From Camelus ferus (lineage: Eukaryota), in NCBI RefSeq assembly GCF_009834535.1, contig NC_045696.1, positions 36,706,001 through 36,770,000 of the forward strand: a stretch of DNA of 64,000 nucleotides. The letters run 5' to 3'. Made by a program: the position numbers and the translations under genes. Below are positions 49,842 through 61,700 of the stretch, in pieces (the first letter of the stretch is position 1; every line of letters begins with the position of its first letter). Below the pieces are notes generated by a model, which ran no database searches, was not told where the DNA came from, and saw only the letters and a program-made list of their open reading frames with translations.

Positions 49842-51166
49842 CAAAAAAGAATGCCAGTGTAGTACTGATTTAGATTTCACTTTTATGTGAAGGCAATTAG
49901 ATATTTTTATTTTCTCAAAGAGTCCTGTACAAGATTATTGATTTATGTAAAATATGGGTGCTTTTATTTTCAAAGAAAAGAAAACTCAGCTACTTAACAT
50001 AGAACTCAGTTTCTTTCTTATTTTTTTCTTTCCTTTTCTCTTTTTAAAATTTTCAGTTACTCTCCTTTATACCTAAGTAAACTCTCTTTGTGGTCCTAAA
50101 AGTCTTCCAAAAGTTCCTGGTCTACTTCTCATTATTTATTTTTAGAAATGAGAGGAAATCTTTTTTCCCAGTATTTCCAGGTAAATCACGAATTTCACTT
50201 TGAGTGGACAGGATCATGTCTTATACTTACCACTGAACCAATCATGATGGCCAGAAGAATGAAATGCTTAGTTAGCTTAGCCTGCATTACATATGCAACT
50301 GCAGAATTTAGCATAAAATTAACTTACAAAAATGGAAATCAAGGTTGTTAAAAGGGAAATCGGGGATGCTTCTGAGGAGGCAATCAATAATCAACCACTA
50401 CACAGATAAACATATGGATCAACAGTAGGTTAGATAATTCAAGGCTTGAAATTTGTGTGTGTGTGTGTGATTCTTGATTCTAAAGTGGCTAAAGTAAAGA
50501 AAAAATATATGTAAGTTCCATCTCATATGGATTGTTGTCCCAATGGAATAGTGATGTTGCTGGGAAACAAGCTGCTGGAAAATAAGCCGCTGGACAACAA
50601 GCAGCAAGAAAACAAGCCATACCTAGATTTCCATGAGCTTAAAATATTATATTCACACTTGCTTAAAATGCACGTGCTTGCTTTGTTTTCATGTTTTACA
50701 CAGTCGATGACCTATAACATGTATGATGCTCAAGAAATTGTGTGAGGGGCAATCCTGAGATTGACCGTGAGGGCGCAACAGATGGCAGATATTTCCTTAG
50801 GGTAAAACAATGGACGGTCATGGGAAGCCAGATCATCCATTAACAGAACTTTGTTCTGGCATGAAATCTGTGCTGTTTAACCCAAGGGAAGCATTTGCTA
50901 TCTCAAGATGTCCTGGAGGCAGTAACAGGATACACTTAGAAATTTTGCATCCCCCGAGGAGGGTGATTGTTCCTGGAAGGGATAGGCCTGAAATGAATCA
51001 GTTAGCCAGCAAGCAGAACTTCGTGCTTCTGGCATGAAATATCTAAAGCCCCACCTCTTTGATCGCATTTTTTTCTGAGCTGTATACTCCTAATAAATAC
51101 GATGTTGACTAGGCTTTCGGTGCTCTAGATCTACGAGATCTTGAGTCCCCTGGTTCCATCTTTGCT

Positions 51167-52025
51167 TTTTTTTTTTTTTAAACATTTTTTATTGATTTAT
51201 AATCATTTTACAATGTTGTGTCAAATTCCAGTGTTCAGCACAATTTTTCAGTCATACATGGACATATACACACTCATTGTCACATTTTTTTCTCTGTGAG
51301 CTACCATAACATTTTGTGTATATTTCCCTGTGCTATGCAATATAATCTTGTTTATCTATTCTACAATTTTGATATCCCAGTCTATCCCTTCCCACCCTCC
51401 ACCCCCCTGGCAACCACAAGTCTGTATTCTCTGTCTGAGTCTATTTCTGTCCTGTATTTATGCTTTGTTTTTGTTTGTTTGTTTTTGCTTTTGTTTTTTA
51501 GATTATACATATGAGCGATCTCATATGGTATTTTTCTTTCTCTTTCTGGCTTACTTCACTTAGAATGACATTCTCAGGGTGGGAAGGGATAACCTGGGAT
51601 TTCAAAATTGTAGAATAGATAAACAAGATTACACTGTATATAGCACAGGGAAATATACACAAAATGTTATGATAACTTACAGAGAAAAAAATGTGACAAT
51701 GAGTGTGTATATGTCCATGAATGACTGAAAAATTGTGCTGAACACTGGAATTTGACACATTGTAAAATGATTATAAATCAATAAAAAATGTTAAAAAAAA
51801 AAAAGAATGACATTCTCTAGGAGCATCCATGTTGCTGCAAATGGCATTATGTTGTCAGTTTTTAATGGCTGAGTAGTATTCCATTGTATAAATATACCAC
51901 TTCTTCTTTATCCAGTCACCTGTTGATGGACATTTAGGCTGTTTCCATGTTTTGGCTATTGTAAATAGTGCTGCTATGAACATTGGGGTGCAGGCGTCAT
52001 CCTGAAGAAGGGTTCCTTCTGGATA
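51167..52025 (-). mobile_element. Young 5'-truncated LINE-1 inserted in the LTR
   Basis: T-tail at 51167, TSD catctttgct (51157-51166 and 52026-52035), near-identical to 55818-56410. Confidence 0.95.
51576..51803 (+). mobile_element. Short LINE-1 3' end inserted antisense into the host L1
   Basis: A-tail to 51803, perfect 14-bp TSD agaatgacattctc (51562-51575 and 51804-51817), tt|agaa endonuclease site. Confidence 0.95.
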
Positions 52026-54139
52026 CATCTTTGCTCTTTACTTTGCTCTTTACTTTGTCTCTTTGTTTCTTAAGTCTGTTTACTTTGTCTCTTTGTTTCT
52101 TAAGTCTTGCGTCACCCGTCCTCAGATACGGTCCCGAGCTGCACTGGATGTAGCATGATGTAATTAATGGAAAGATACTAACATTCACAGCCAAAAGATA
52201 TATGTTCACTTAAAGTAAGTAAGAATAAAACAATGTCTCACTGAGATAGCTGCACAGAGACAAAAACACAGTAACACTTCTTGCAATTTGGAAAGAGTCA
52301 TTTGCCTTTAGGTCCCATCAAAGTGCTGTGCCAGTATGCACCTGACAGTGATGAAGACACCATCAGATTCTTCAAGAATTTCCCTTTGCCATCTTCATAG
52401 GGGTTTATATGCCCTATTGGCCCCTTTCAAGTAATCAGGAAATTGACTCTCTACCTACTTGCTCAACAGGTAGGATATTCCTGAGTCAATTTTCACTCAA
52501 TTAAAGTGACTAGAATTCCAGTGAGGATAAAAGACTGAGTTTGCAATCAGAGATGGCACAGGTCATTTTCCTAGTATATGATTTTTCTAAAAGGCCAGAA
52601 TCTTGGTCATGCCTGAAACCTATTCTTCTAGCATTGTTATTTATGGAGATGCACAATATAGTCCTTATTTTTTGGTAAACATTAAAATAGAAGCTAGCTA
52701 ATGATTATTAACTCATTTTTACTCTCTTTGGAATCTTTAGCAGATGATAAGTTAACTTTAGTAGATGATAAGTGAAATAAAAGACTCCTTGTGTCTTTAT
52801 ATATTCAAGTTTATAGTTTTAAAATTTAGTGATTTTTCAATATTTGTAAAGAAAATCATTGTAAAAACCTAAAAGTAAGTAATAGATATTTTAAAAATCA
52901 CCTGAAATTTTACCAATCCGAAGATAATCATTATTATTTTTTTTCTTTAGGGCCAGGGGATGTATATATTTAGTGCTCAGTAAATGTTCAATATGTTTTC
53001 AGTGTTTGAATGCTGAATGAATATAGGTAGGCTATGTGCTCACTTATAAACATATGTTGGCATTCATCTTTTAACATGGGTAGCTTAGTTCTTTTGTAAA
53101 CATTTGCTTTATCAAGCTTGATTGAAAATTAAGACAAATAAAACAAGATGTGCTCTGCAGTATTTTGCCACTTGTTATTCTCTGACAGGAATTCACATGT
53201 TCTCATCTTGCTTGTATGATACCATTTTAATTACATGTCACTGCCTAAGCAATGGGTGAGTGAGTGATTATACCTACAGGAACATTTGGCAGATGATGGG
53301 GGAAGGGCAGAAGGAGATTTTCAATTTATTATGAATCACTCAGCACTAAACATGACATTCCCAGACAAGGACTATGTTATCGTCAGCTTGTCACTAGCAC
53401 TAATCCCTGATCCATCACAGGAGTTTTCTTAACAAACCACTTGTCGGGAAAAAAAAAATCACTCTCTGTTCAGGTGTTCAGGAGGACAACAGTTTAATTT
53501 AGGGAAAGGTGAAGAAATGAGGAGTAGTTCATGCTGTTCACTGAAAACAATGACCTGGTTCTTGTATCTTGTGATACTCATAGGAAATGAAGCAGGGGAT
53601 GCCTAATGGTGGGAACTAGGGAGTAAGAGAAATTCAAGAACTGTTAGGCATCTATCACCAGGGTATGCCTGAAGGTTGCATTCTGGGAGTTTTCTGGGAA
53701 AAAATTTTCTCAATGATATTTGGTGGTTATATTATGATTTCCCCAATACATTAAGAAAGTAAATGTTTTATACTGGGCAGAAAATTAATTGATGCATTTT
53801 TTCTTATATTAGCAATATCCTTGTGATTAATTTACTTAAATTTCATGGTAAATCTATGATATTTAAGCCAAAAGGAGGCGAGTAGAAAGTAAAAGATAAT
53901 AACTCAGGCTACAAACCACTCTTATAGTCATTCACTTTTTGTGCATAGTGCAAAGGAAGGTCTATTTAGGGTGCCATGAAGTGTGTGCTAAGACAAAATT
54001 AAAATACCATGTCTCCCAAAGAAACAGGTTTGTAAGTCCCATGTCATGAACTGAATGGAGGGAAGAAAGGGGAAAGGGAAATAAAGTGAAAGGAGGTTTT
54101 AAAAGACAAAGGAGTAAGGATGACCTGGAGAGAAAAATA

Positions 54140-54345
54140 CATGGTCTAAACTGAGCTCCATTACTTACTAGTTATATGGCTTGGGACACGTTTTTGTATG
54201 TTATTTCTCTTCTCCATAATAATAGTGGCTGTCACATGGAGTTGTGTGGACTTCCAGTGAGTTAATATATTTAAAGTGCTTAGACACTTAAAAGAGTAAC
54301 TGGCACATAGCAAGAGAGAATAAATGTTAGCTGTAATCATTATGA
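54140..54345 (+). mobile_element. MIR SINE
   Basis: ctccattacttactagttatatggcttggg..taaagtgcttaga..ctggcacatagcaagagagaataaatgttagctg. Confidence 0.75.
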
Positions 54346-54419
54346 CTTGATTAGACAAGCCCATTAGGAGTTAAGACACAAATAAGGTAGGAATAGCATA
54401 AGATACCTGTAATATAAGT

Positions 54420-55530
54420 AAGTTTTCAGTGTTCTAGGACATTCTTGTTAACCTCTTCAAGATAGAGGATCCTTTGCTTACCTACCACGAAGACAGAGAC
54501 ATCTGCTAGAGTCAGTGCATATCCATTTTAGATGCCTGTCTCTGATTAATTTAATAAACAAAGCTTTAAGGTTTGATTTGATCCTAGAGTAAAATAATCC
54601 TTCAGATGGTTTAGAGTATAACATGACTGTTTGTTCACTTGAATCGAATAATTGGCTAGATATTAAGTTATCAGGCGATTGAAATGCTGTTTGGAACCTG
54701 TGGTAAATAGGAGATTTACTGAGGAGTCCTCTGTGATTTCAGTAAAGACTGTGCCATCTTCAATAGATTCATTTTGACCAAATTCTTCTTCTTCCAGACT
54801 CTGGTGAGTTTAAAATGCCTGACCATGAGTCAGCGAGGTGTCCAGGTATGGCAAAAAGCCCATCATGAACTAATGGTCATTGTATCTACCCAGTGGAAAA
54901 CTTAAGTGTTACTTTCAGCATTTCAACATTAAGTGGTCTATATGGGACCAGATTTTAATAAATTCTTAAGCAGACAGACACCAAAGCTTATACCAATTCT
55001 TATATAGGGAATTCAGACTCTTATGCCAGATTGTAAATGGTTTGGAATTAGTAATTTTGAGCAGAAATTTTGGAAAGCATATGGGAATGGGCATTTTGGA
55101 ATAGACTCAGAATTGAAAACTTTCATATCCCATGTGAATATTTACAAAAAAAAAAACCTTTATGAAGAGTTTCAAATCAAGTGGACAGGTTGATCTATTC
55201 TGTAAAAGATTATCCATCTTCTTTCTTCTGTAACCTGGTGCTTGCTCAATGGCCTAATGAACAATGAAGTCTTGAAACAATGCCTTGTTAAAATAGCACA
55301 CATTTCCAGTTTGGTGCTAAACACTGTTGAGTACTCAATTTATTGGAAAGTAAGAGTCTGTGTTATGGCTCATGCATGGTGGAGACTAGTTAACTTTTTG
55401 GTGTTGATTCCATTGTATGAGTACCCTCTGCCATGAAACTTTCATCATCATAAATTATTATTCTATATTTGGATTGGATTTAACTCTTAGTCATTTTTCT
55501 TCTGACTTCACCATCTGTGGATTTATAAGT
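54420..55530 (+). mobile_element. Heavily decayed ERVL pol remnant (RT/RNase H/integrase region)
   Basis: atgctgtttggaacctgtgg..ctgtgccatcttc and atcccatgtgaata..aatcaagtggacaggttgatctattctgt..gctcaatggcctaatgaacaa resemble ERVL pol DNA. No open frame. Confidence 0.65.
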
Positions 55531-55817
55531 CTCCAATTTTGACCACATATACATGTATACATTTCACATTCTTAAATCCATCAACTGTATTTCCAACCCA
55601 GCCACACATTCTTGGCTAAGGTATTTTCCTTACTTATGGCTGAATTTATGCCAGATAGATAGATAATGATGTTTCAATTTTGTCAAAAGAAATGTTAAGC
55701 TCATTATTTAGATATTCATATGAAGAGAGAGAGACTCATCTAGTCATTTGTATGCTTCCCTATATCCAGATATTAAATGTTATGTCAGTAAAATGTTAAA
55801 AGAGGGATAATTTAAAT

Positions 55818-57923
55818 TTTTTAACATTTTTTATTGGCTTATAATCATTTTACAATGTTGTGTCAAATTCCAGTGTAGAGCATAATTTTTCAGTTATACA
55901 TGGACATATATATGTTCATTGTCACATTTTTTTCTCTGTAAGCTACCATAAGATCTTGTGTATATTTCCCTGCGCTATACAGTACAATCTTCTTTATCTA
56001 TTCTACAATTTTAAAATCCCATCTGTCCTTTCCCAACCTCCACCTCCTTGGCAACCACAAGTTTGTATTCTATGTCTATGAGTCTATTTCTGTTTAGTAT
56101 TTATGCTTTTGTTTTTGTTTTTGTTTTTTAGATTCCACATATGAGCAATCTCATATGGTATTTTTCTTTCTCTTTCTGTCTTACTTCACTTAGAATGACA
56201 TTCTCTAGAAGCATCCATGTTACTGCAAAAGGCATTATGTTGTCTGTTTTCATGGCTGAATAGTATTCCATTGTATAAATATAACACTTCTTCTTTATCC
56301 AGTCATCCGTTGATGGACATTTAGGCTGTTTCCATATCTTGGCTATTGTAAATAGTGCTGCTATGAACATTGGGGTGCAGGTGTCATTTTGGAGTAGGGT
56401 TCCTTCTGGATATATGCAAAGGAGCGGGATTCCTGGGTCATACGGTAAGTCTGTTCCTAGTCTTTTGAGGAATCTCCACACTGTTTTCCACAGTGGCTGC
56501 ACCAAACTGCATTCCCACCAGCAGTGCAGGAGGGTTCCCTTTTCTCCACAGCCTCTCCAGCATTTGTCATTTGTGGATTTTTGAATGATGGCCATTCTGA
56601 CTGGTGTGAGGTGATACCTCCTTGTAGTTTTGATTTGCATTTCTCTGATAATTAGTGATATTGAGCATTTTTTCATGTGCCTATTGATCATTTGTATGTC
56701 TTCCTTGGAGAATTGCTTGTTCAGGTCTTTTGCCCATCTTTGGATTGGGTTGTTTGGTTGTTTCTTATTAAGCTTTATGAGCTGCTTATATATTCTGGAG
56801 ATCAAGCCTTTGTTGGTTTCATTTGCAAAGATTTTCTTCTATTCTGTAGGTTTTTTTTTTGTTTTGTTTTACTTATGGTTTCCTTTGCTGTGCAGAAGCT
56901 TGTAAGTTTCATTAGGTCCCATTTGTTTATTCTTGCTTTTATTTCTTCTAGGAGAAAATTTTTGAGATGTATGTCAGATAATGTTTTGCCTATATTTTCC
57001 TCTAGGAGGTTTATTGTGTCTTGTCTTATGTTTAAGTCTTTGATCTATTTTGAGTTGATTTTTGTGTATGGTGTAAGGGAGTGTTCTAGCTTCATTGTTT
57101 TATATGCTGCTGTCCAGTTTTCCCAACACCATTTGCTGAAGAGACTGTCTTTATTCCATTGTATATTCTTGCCTCCTTTGTCGAAGATTAGTTGACCAAA
57201 AGTTTGTGGGTTCATTTCTGGGCTCTCTATTCTGTTCCATTGGTCTATATGTCTGTTTTTGTACTAATACCATGCTGTCTTGATGACTGTAGCTCTATAG
57301 TATTGTCTGAAGTCTGGGACAGTTATTCCTCCAGCCTATTTCTTTTTCTTCAGTACTTTGGCAATTCTAGGTCTTTGATGGTTCCATATAAATTTTACTA
57401 TGATTTGTTCTAGTTCTGTGAAATATGTCCTGGGTAATTTGATAGGGATTGCATGAAATCTGTAGATTGCCTTGGGCAGTGTGACCATTTTAACAATATT
57501 GATTCTTCCAATCCAAGAGCATGGGATATCTTTCCTTTTTTAAAAGTCTTCTTTAATTTCCTTCATCAATGGTTTATAGTTTTCTGTGTATAATTCTTTC
57601 ACCACCTTGGTTAGATTTATTCCCAGATATTTTATTACTTTGGGTGCTATTTTAAAGGGGATTGTTTCTTTCTTTTTCTGTTGATTCATCGTTAGTATAA
57701 AGAAATGCAACTGATTTTTGAACGTTAATCTTGTAACCTGCTACTTTGCTGAATTCTTTTATTAGTTCTAGTAGTTTTTGTGTGGACCTTTTAGGGTTTT
57801 CTAGATATAATAACATGTCGTCAGGATATAGTGACACTTTCACCTCTTCTTTTCCAATTTGGATCCCTTTTATTTCTCTCTCTTGCCTGATTGCTGTGGC
57901 TAGGACTTCCAGGACTATGTTGA
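55818..57923 (-). mobile_element. Young 5'-truncated LINE-1 (about 2.1 kb, RT to 3' UTR), frameshifted
   Basis: [44 protein letters not shown] (RT) and the 225-aa C-terminus. Imperfect TSD agggataatttaa / aggaataatttaa at about 55803 and 57924. Confidence 0.96.
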
Positions 57924-59880
57924 AGGAATAATTTAATTTTTGATGGTACATTTGTTGTCATAACTACATAGACTTTTATTTTAACACAATTTGGGCAGTA
58001 TTTGGTGTACTAATGATAAATTATACACATTCTAAATAATACTTAAGCAAAGAAATTAATTCTTAAATGCAATTTGCATAAAGACACCTGCTTACCTGTT
58101 CTTTTAACTCCATAGCATGATTTGAAGCTGTAATGCAATTTGTTACGTTCTGATTTCCCAAACAAGCCTGTCCTTGGATGTCACTTGCTAAATGATGATT
58201 AAAGAAACAAACACACTCTTCTACAATGAAAAGGTATCGAAAAGATGGCTTTTGCCCATGTTACTGAAATACAAAATTGGCTAGCTGAAGGACGATGAAT
58301 ACTGCTTGGTATTGAACACAGTATATCAAAGCCAACATCCTTCCTTTCAATCAGTGTCTGCCCTCCATTATGTAATTCTTTTATAGTTTATTATTTACAG
58401 ACCTAAGGGCATTTTTGAAGTTTGCCCTAGCTTATCTTTATGAGAGGGATTATTTTTAGGAAAAAAATGACCGTGTTTCTATAATAAGCTTTAGCAATCA
58501 AATGTGTGATGTATACCTTCTAGGGTCACATGGAATTTTGGAGTTATTAGCTTATTTTTGATGGTTTTGGATATATAAAGCTATTGAATTATAAGATTGG
58601 AAGTGAACTTATGTATCACAAATTCCTTGTGACCAAACTGCTATTTGACTCCTTTTATCAAGCAATTATCTGTGCTGTGAATATTCTAGTGAACAAATCA
58701 CTTGTCTAAGTAGCTTCTTCCGTTTTGGAACATTTCAAGTTTTGATTTTCTTTTTAACTGGGTGGAAATCTGTCTTTCTATAATTTCCAATTATTAGTCC
58801 TAATTCTTCCTTCTTCCATGTAAGACTGCTTCAGATATATGAAGATTGCTATGTTCTGATAAATAATTTCTTTCCAGAATTAAGTTCTTGAGTTCTCCAA
58901 TTCTTCTTAATATTATATTGAATGAGTAAATATATTGTTTCTAGATCTCCTGATGTTTTTATTCCTCTCTTGGAGGTTTTGTTATATTTTTATTCTTAAA
59001 TCCACAGATAACTAGGTTAAATAACAAATTAATGTTATCACATACAGTTTTATATCTGGTTGCTTGAGATTTTGTGGGCCAATATTCTATGTAGTGGATA
59101 GAATTTTTCACTTTTTATCATGTTATGAATATTAGAATATTATATCATGTATTTCTTATTATGTGAATACAGCTGTTGCCCTCAGTTTCTTTTTTTTTTT
59201 TCTCCCCTACAGTTTTACCTCATGATAGATTCATGAGGGAGATCAGGGATATTTATTTTTTTCTATTGAGTAGGCTCCCAAATTTTTTCCAAAAATAGGT
59301 TTTAGAAGTGCCATATTTTGTAGTACAAAATCAATGTGGAGAAGGACCCAAGCATACTTGTCCCAGGAAGACCTTATCTACAAGCCCTGTTTGAAATGAA
59401 TGATGAAAACTAAGGGGACCTGTCTTGAATGGATGCATCAGGGAGATCTAGAGCAGAAAGAGGCATAGTTGCTCTTGAATGTAACTCCATTTTGGACTTT
59501 TGAAGGAGTCTCATCATGCAAAACAGACATGAATATGTATAGCGAATCTGAGTAGGGACAGAAATTGTCAGTATGAAAAAGAAAGACTAATGCATGTCAA
59601 GTTTAGATTTGTCCCTTGACTTCTTAAATTGATGTCCATCACCCTCAAAAATACCTCACTACGAATAAGGACATTCTCTTTCATGATTAATTTACAACTG
59701 TCAAAATTAGGATTTTGATATTAATACATTCTTAACCATCTAAATCATCAGACTTATACAGGTTAGACTAATAGTCTCAGTAATGCACTTTGTGGCAAAT
59801 GAACCCAGCTCCAAGTCAAGCATTACATTTAGCATTCTTGTCTCAATATGAAAATACACCTCTGTCTTTCCTTATGTTGG

Positions 59881-60006
59881 GTTTTTTTTTTTGGGTGGGG
59901 GGTAATTAGAGTTATTTATTTATTTATTTAATGGAGGTATTGGGGATTGAACCCAGGACCTCGTGCATGCCAAGCATGCACTCTACCACTGAGCTATACC
60001 CTCCCC
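59881..60006 (-). mobile_element. tRNA-derived SINE (camelid Vic-1-like)
   Basis: Minus strand GGGGAGGGTATAGCTCAGTGGTAGAG (A box)...GGTTCAATCCCC (B box), (TAAA)n and A-tail. TSD cttatgttgg at 59871-59880 and 60008-60017. Confidence 0.9.
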
Positions 60007-61059
60007 ACTTATGTTGGTATTTTTAAAGTTATTGTAGGATGCCCCCTAGTTTGGGCTTGATATTTCCTTGTGATTAGACTCAGGTTATGCTTTGCTGGCT
60101 GAAATTAATTATAGAAACAATGCTGTGCTCATCTTCTTTGCATCCTGTAAGGTGGAACACAATTTTGATTCATCTCATTATATATGACGTTCAGTTTAAT
60201 TATTGCATTAAGATAGTGCATGTCAGGCTTTTCTAATGTGAAGTTACTATTGTCTCCATTGTAATCAAAATGCATTTTGTGGGCTGTTTTTTTGAATCCA
60301 TGTAAATATTCTATTCATTGAACACTTAATTATCAAACTAACTAATATCACTATGGATTTATGATTTTGTATTTTATTCAATGGGTTTTGAACTGTTAGT
60401 ATCAGCATTTATTTTGATGTTCAATTTATCCCTGATATGACTAGCAGGAGCCTTTTCAAGCCACGATCTATTGTTTCCTTTTAACATTTCCCCACCATCT
60501 TTTTTTTTGAGCACTTCCTTGCTTTTTGGCACAAGCAGATATCCTGGCTCACCTTATATTTTCTGTGCCTCAGCCCGAGAATCAAGCATTTTTCTGAGGA
60601 GCTCTTATTTTTTTTCATGGAGAATCGTGTTTGGAAACCAACACTCGGCACCACATGTGCTCATTGTTATTGAGGTTTTGCTTCTCCTGCGTCCTCTCAG
60701 TAGACAGAGTTAGGGAGTAAATGCATGCATATACATCCTTACATAGACAATGATGTATAAACATATACTGTATATATAACACACACATGCACAAAACACA
60801 TACCCCTTTAAATTTATTTTTTCTATCTGCCCATCAAAAACATTTGAGTTCACACTGGTATTTCCAATTCTAATTCAACCATTCAGGGTTCATTCTAGTT
60901 TTCTTACTTCTAACCCCCTTTTGCAACAGTGACAAACGTGGATTCCATTACCCTTAGTAAGTTAATAATTTAACTATTCCTTCTGCATGCAGCCTATCTC
61001 CCATCTCTACCACTACCTCCTCCCTCAAGCTTACACCCCTCTCACTCACTAGGAATTTG

Positions 61060-61700
61060 ACCCTCCATGTGGGACCTCCCCAGTGTAGACACTTTCCTTA
61101 CCTTGCTTGAGCTCCAAAACCCAACGCTGGGGCTGAACCCACTGCATGGGAGCTGTCCTTGCTCTGCTCAGGCTGTGACACCCTGTGCTGGTCTGTGTGG
61201 ACACCTTCCTCGGAATGCTCAGGCTCTAAAAACCTGGACTGTGACTCTTTTTCATTGGGCTATCCTCATTCATCTTAATTGGGCTCTATCACCTGGTGTA
61301 CCCTACCCTACCCAATGCTTCTGCTCAGGCATTGACACCCCATGTGAAGTGATGTTTCAGTGTGGGCACCTTCCTCGTCCTGCTTGGGCTATGGTTCCCG
61401 TGACCAGGCTGTCCCTGCCCCTGACATGGGTGCACTCCCCACCCTGCTCAGGTATTGACATCATACAGCAGACTGTCCATTGTAGGAAAGGCCTTCTGCT
61501 TCCACTTGCATTCCACCATCGTATGCCATGTTGGCACGGACACCCCTCTCACCCCACTCAGGCTCTGACACCACGTGGATTATATTCTCTCACTCCTTCT
61601 CAATTCACTTGGGCTCTCACATCCTAAGCTGGGCTACTCCCCATGTGGACCTCCTCTTCTCTCTGCTCTGTCTCTGACTCCCTGAGCCAGACAACCTTGC
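61060..61700. repeat. Degenerate tandem array, unit about 50-60 bp (core ggacacc..cctc..ctgctcaggctctgacacc)
   Basis: Recurring tgctcaggc / tgggctc followed by tgacacc motifs, about 10 copies. Confidence 0.75.

Larger units (their letters stand above)
50558..52155 (+). mobile_element. Solo LTR, class II (ERV2-like), about 730 bp after removing the nested L1s
   Basis: TGCT...AGCA termini, perfect 6-bp TSD tgatgt (50552-50557 and 52156-52161), AATAAA at about 51092, CpGs retained. Confidence 0.88.

Noticed and set aside
51167..52025. Twin-priming 5' inversion of a single L1
   Set aside because: The inverted segment duplicates the 3' end and has its own A-tail and 14-bp TSD.
59940..60006. tRNA gene
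   Set aside because: It is the tRNA-like head of a SINE, with an AT-rich tail and TSD.
61067..61627. 186-aa ORF over a repeat array with a superficially CRISPR-like or repeat-protein look
   Set aside because: The units are degenerate, with no constant repeat and unique spacer structure. The block lies inside an old L1MC-type 3' UTR that, from recollection, carries such repeats. The DNA is mammalian and has no cas genes.
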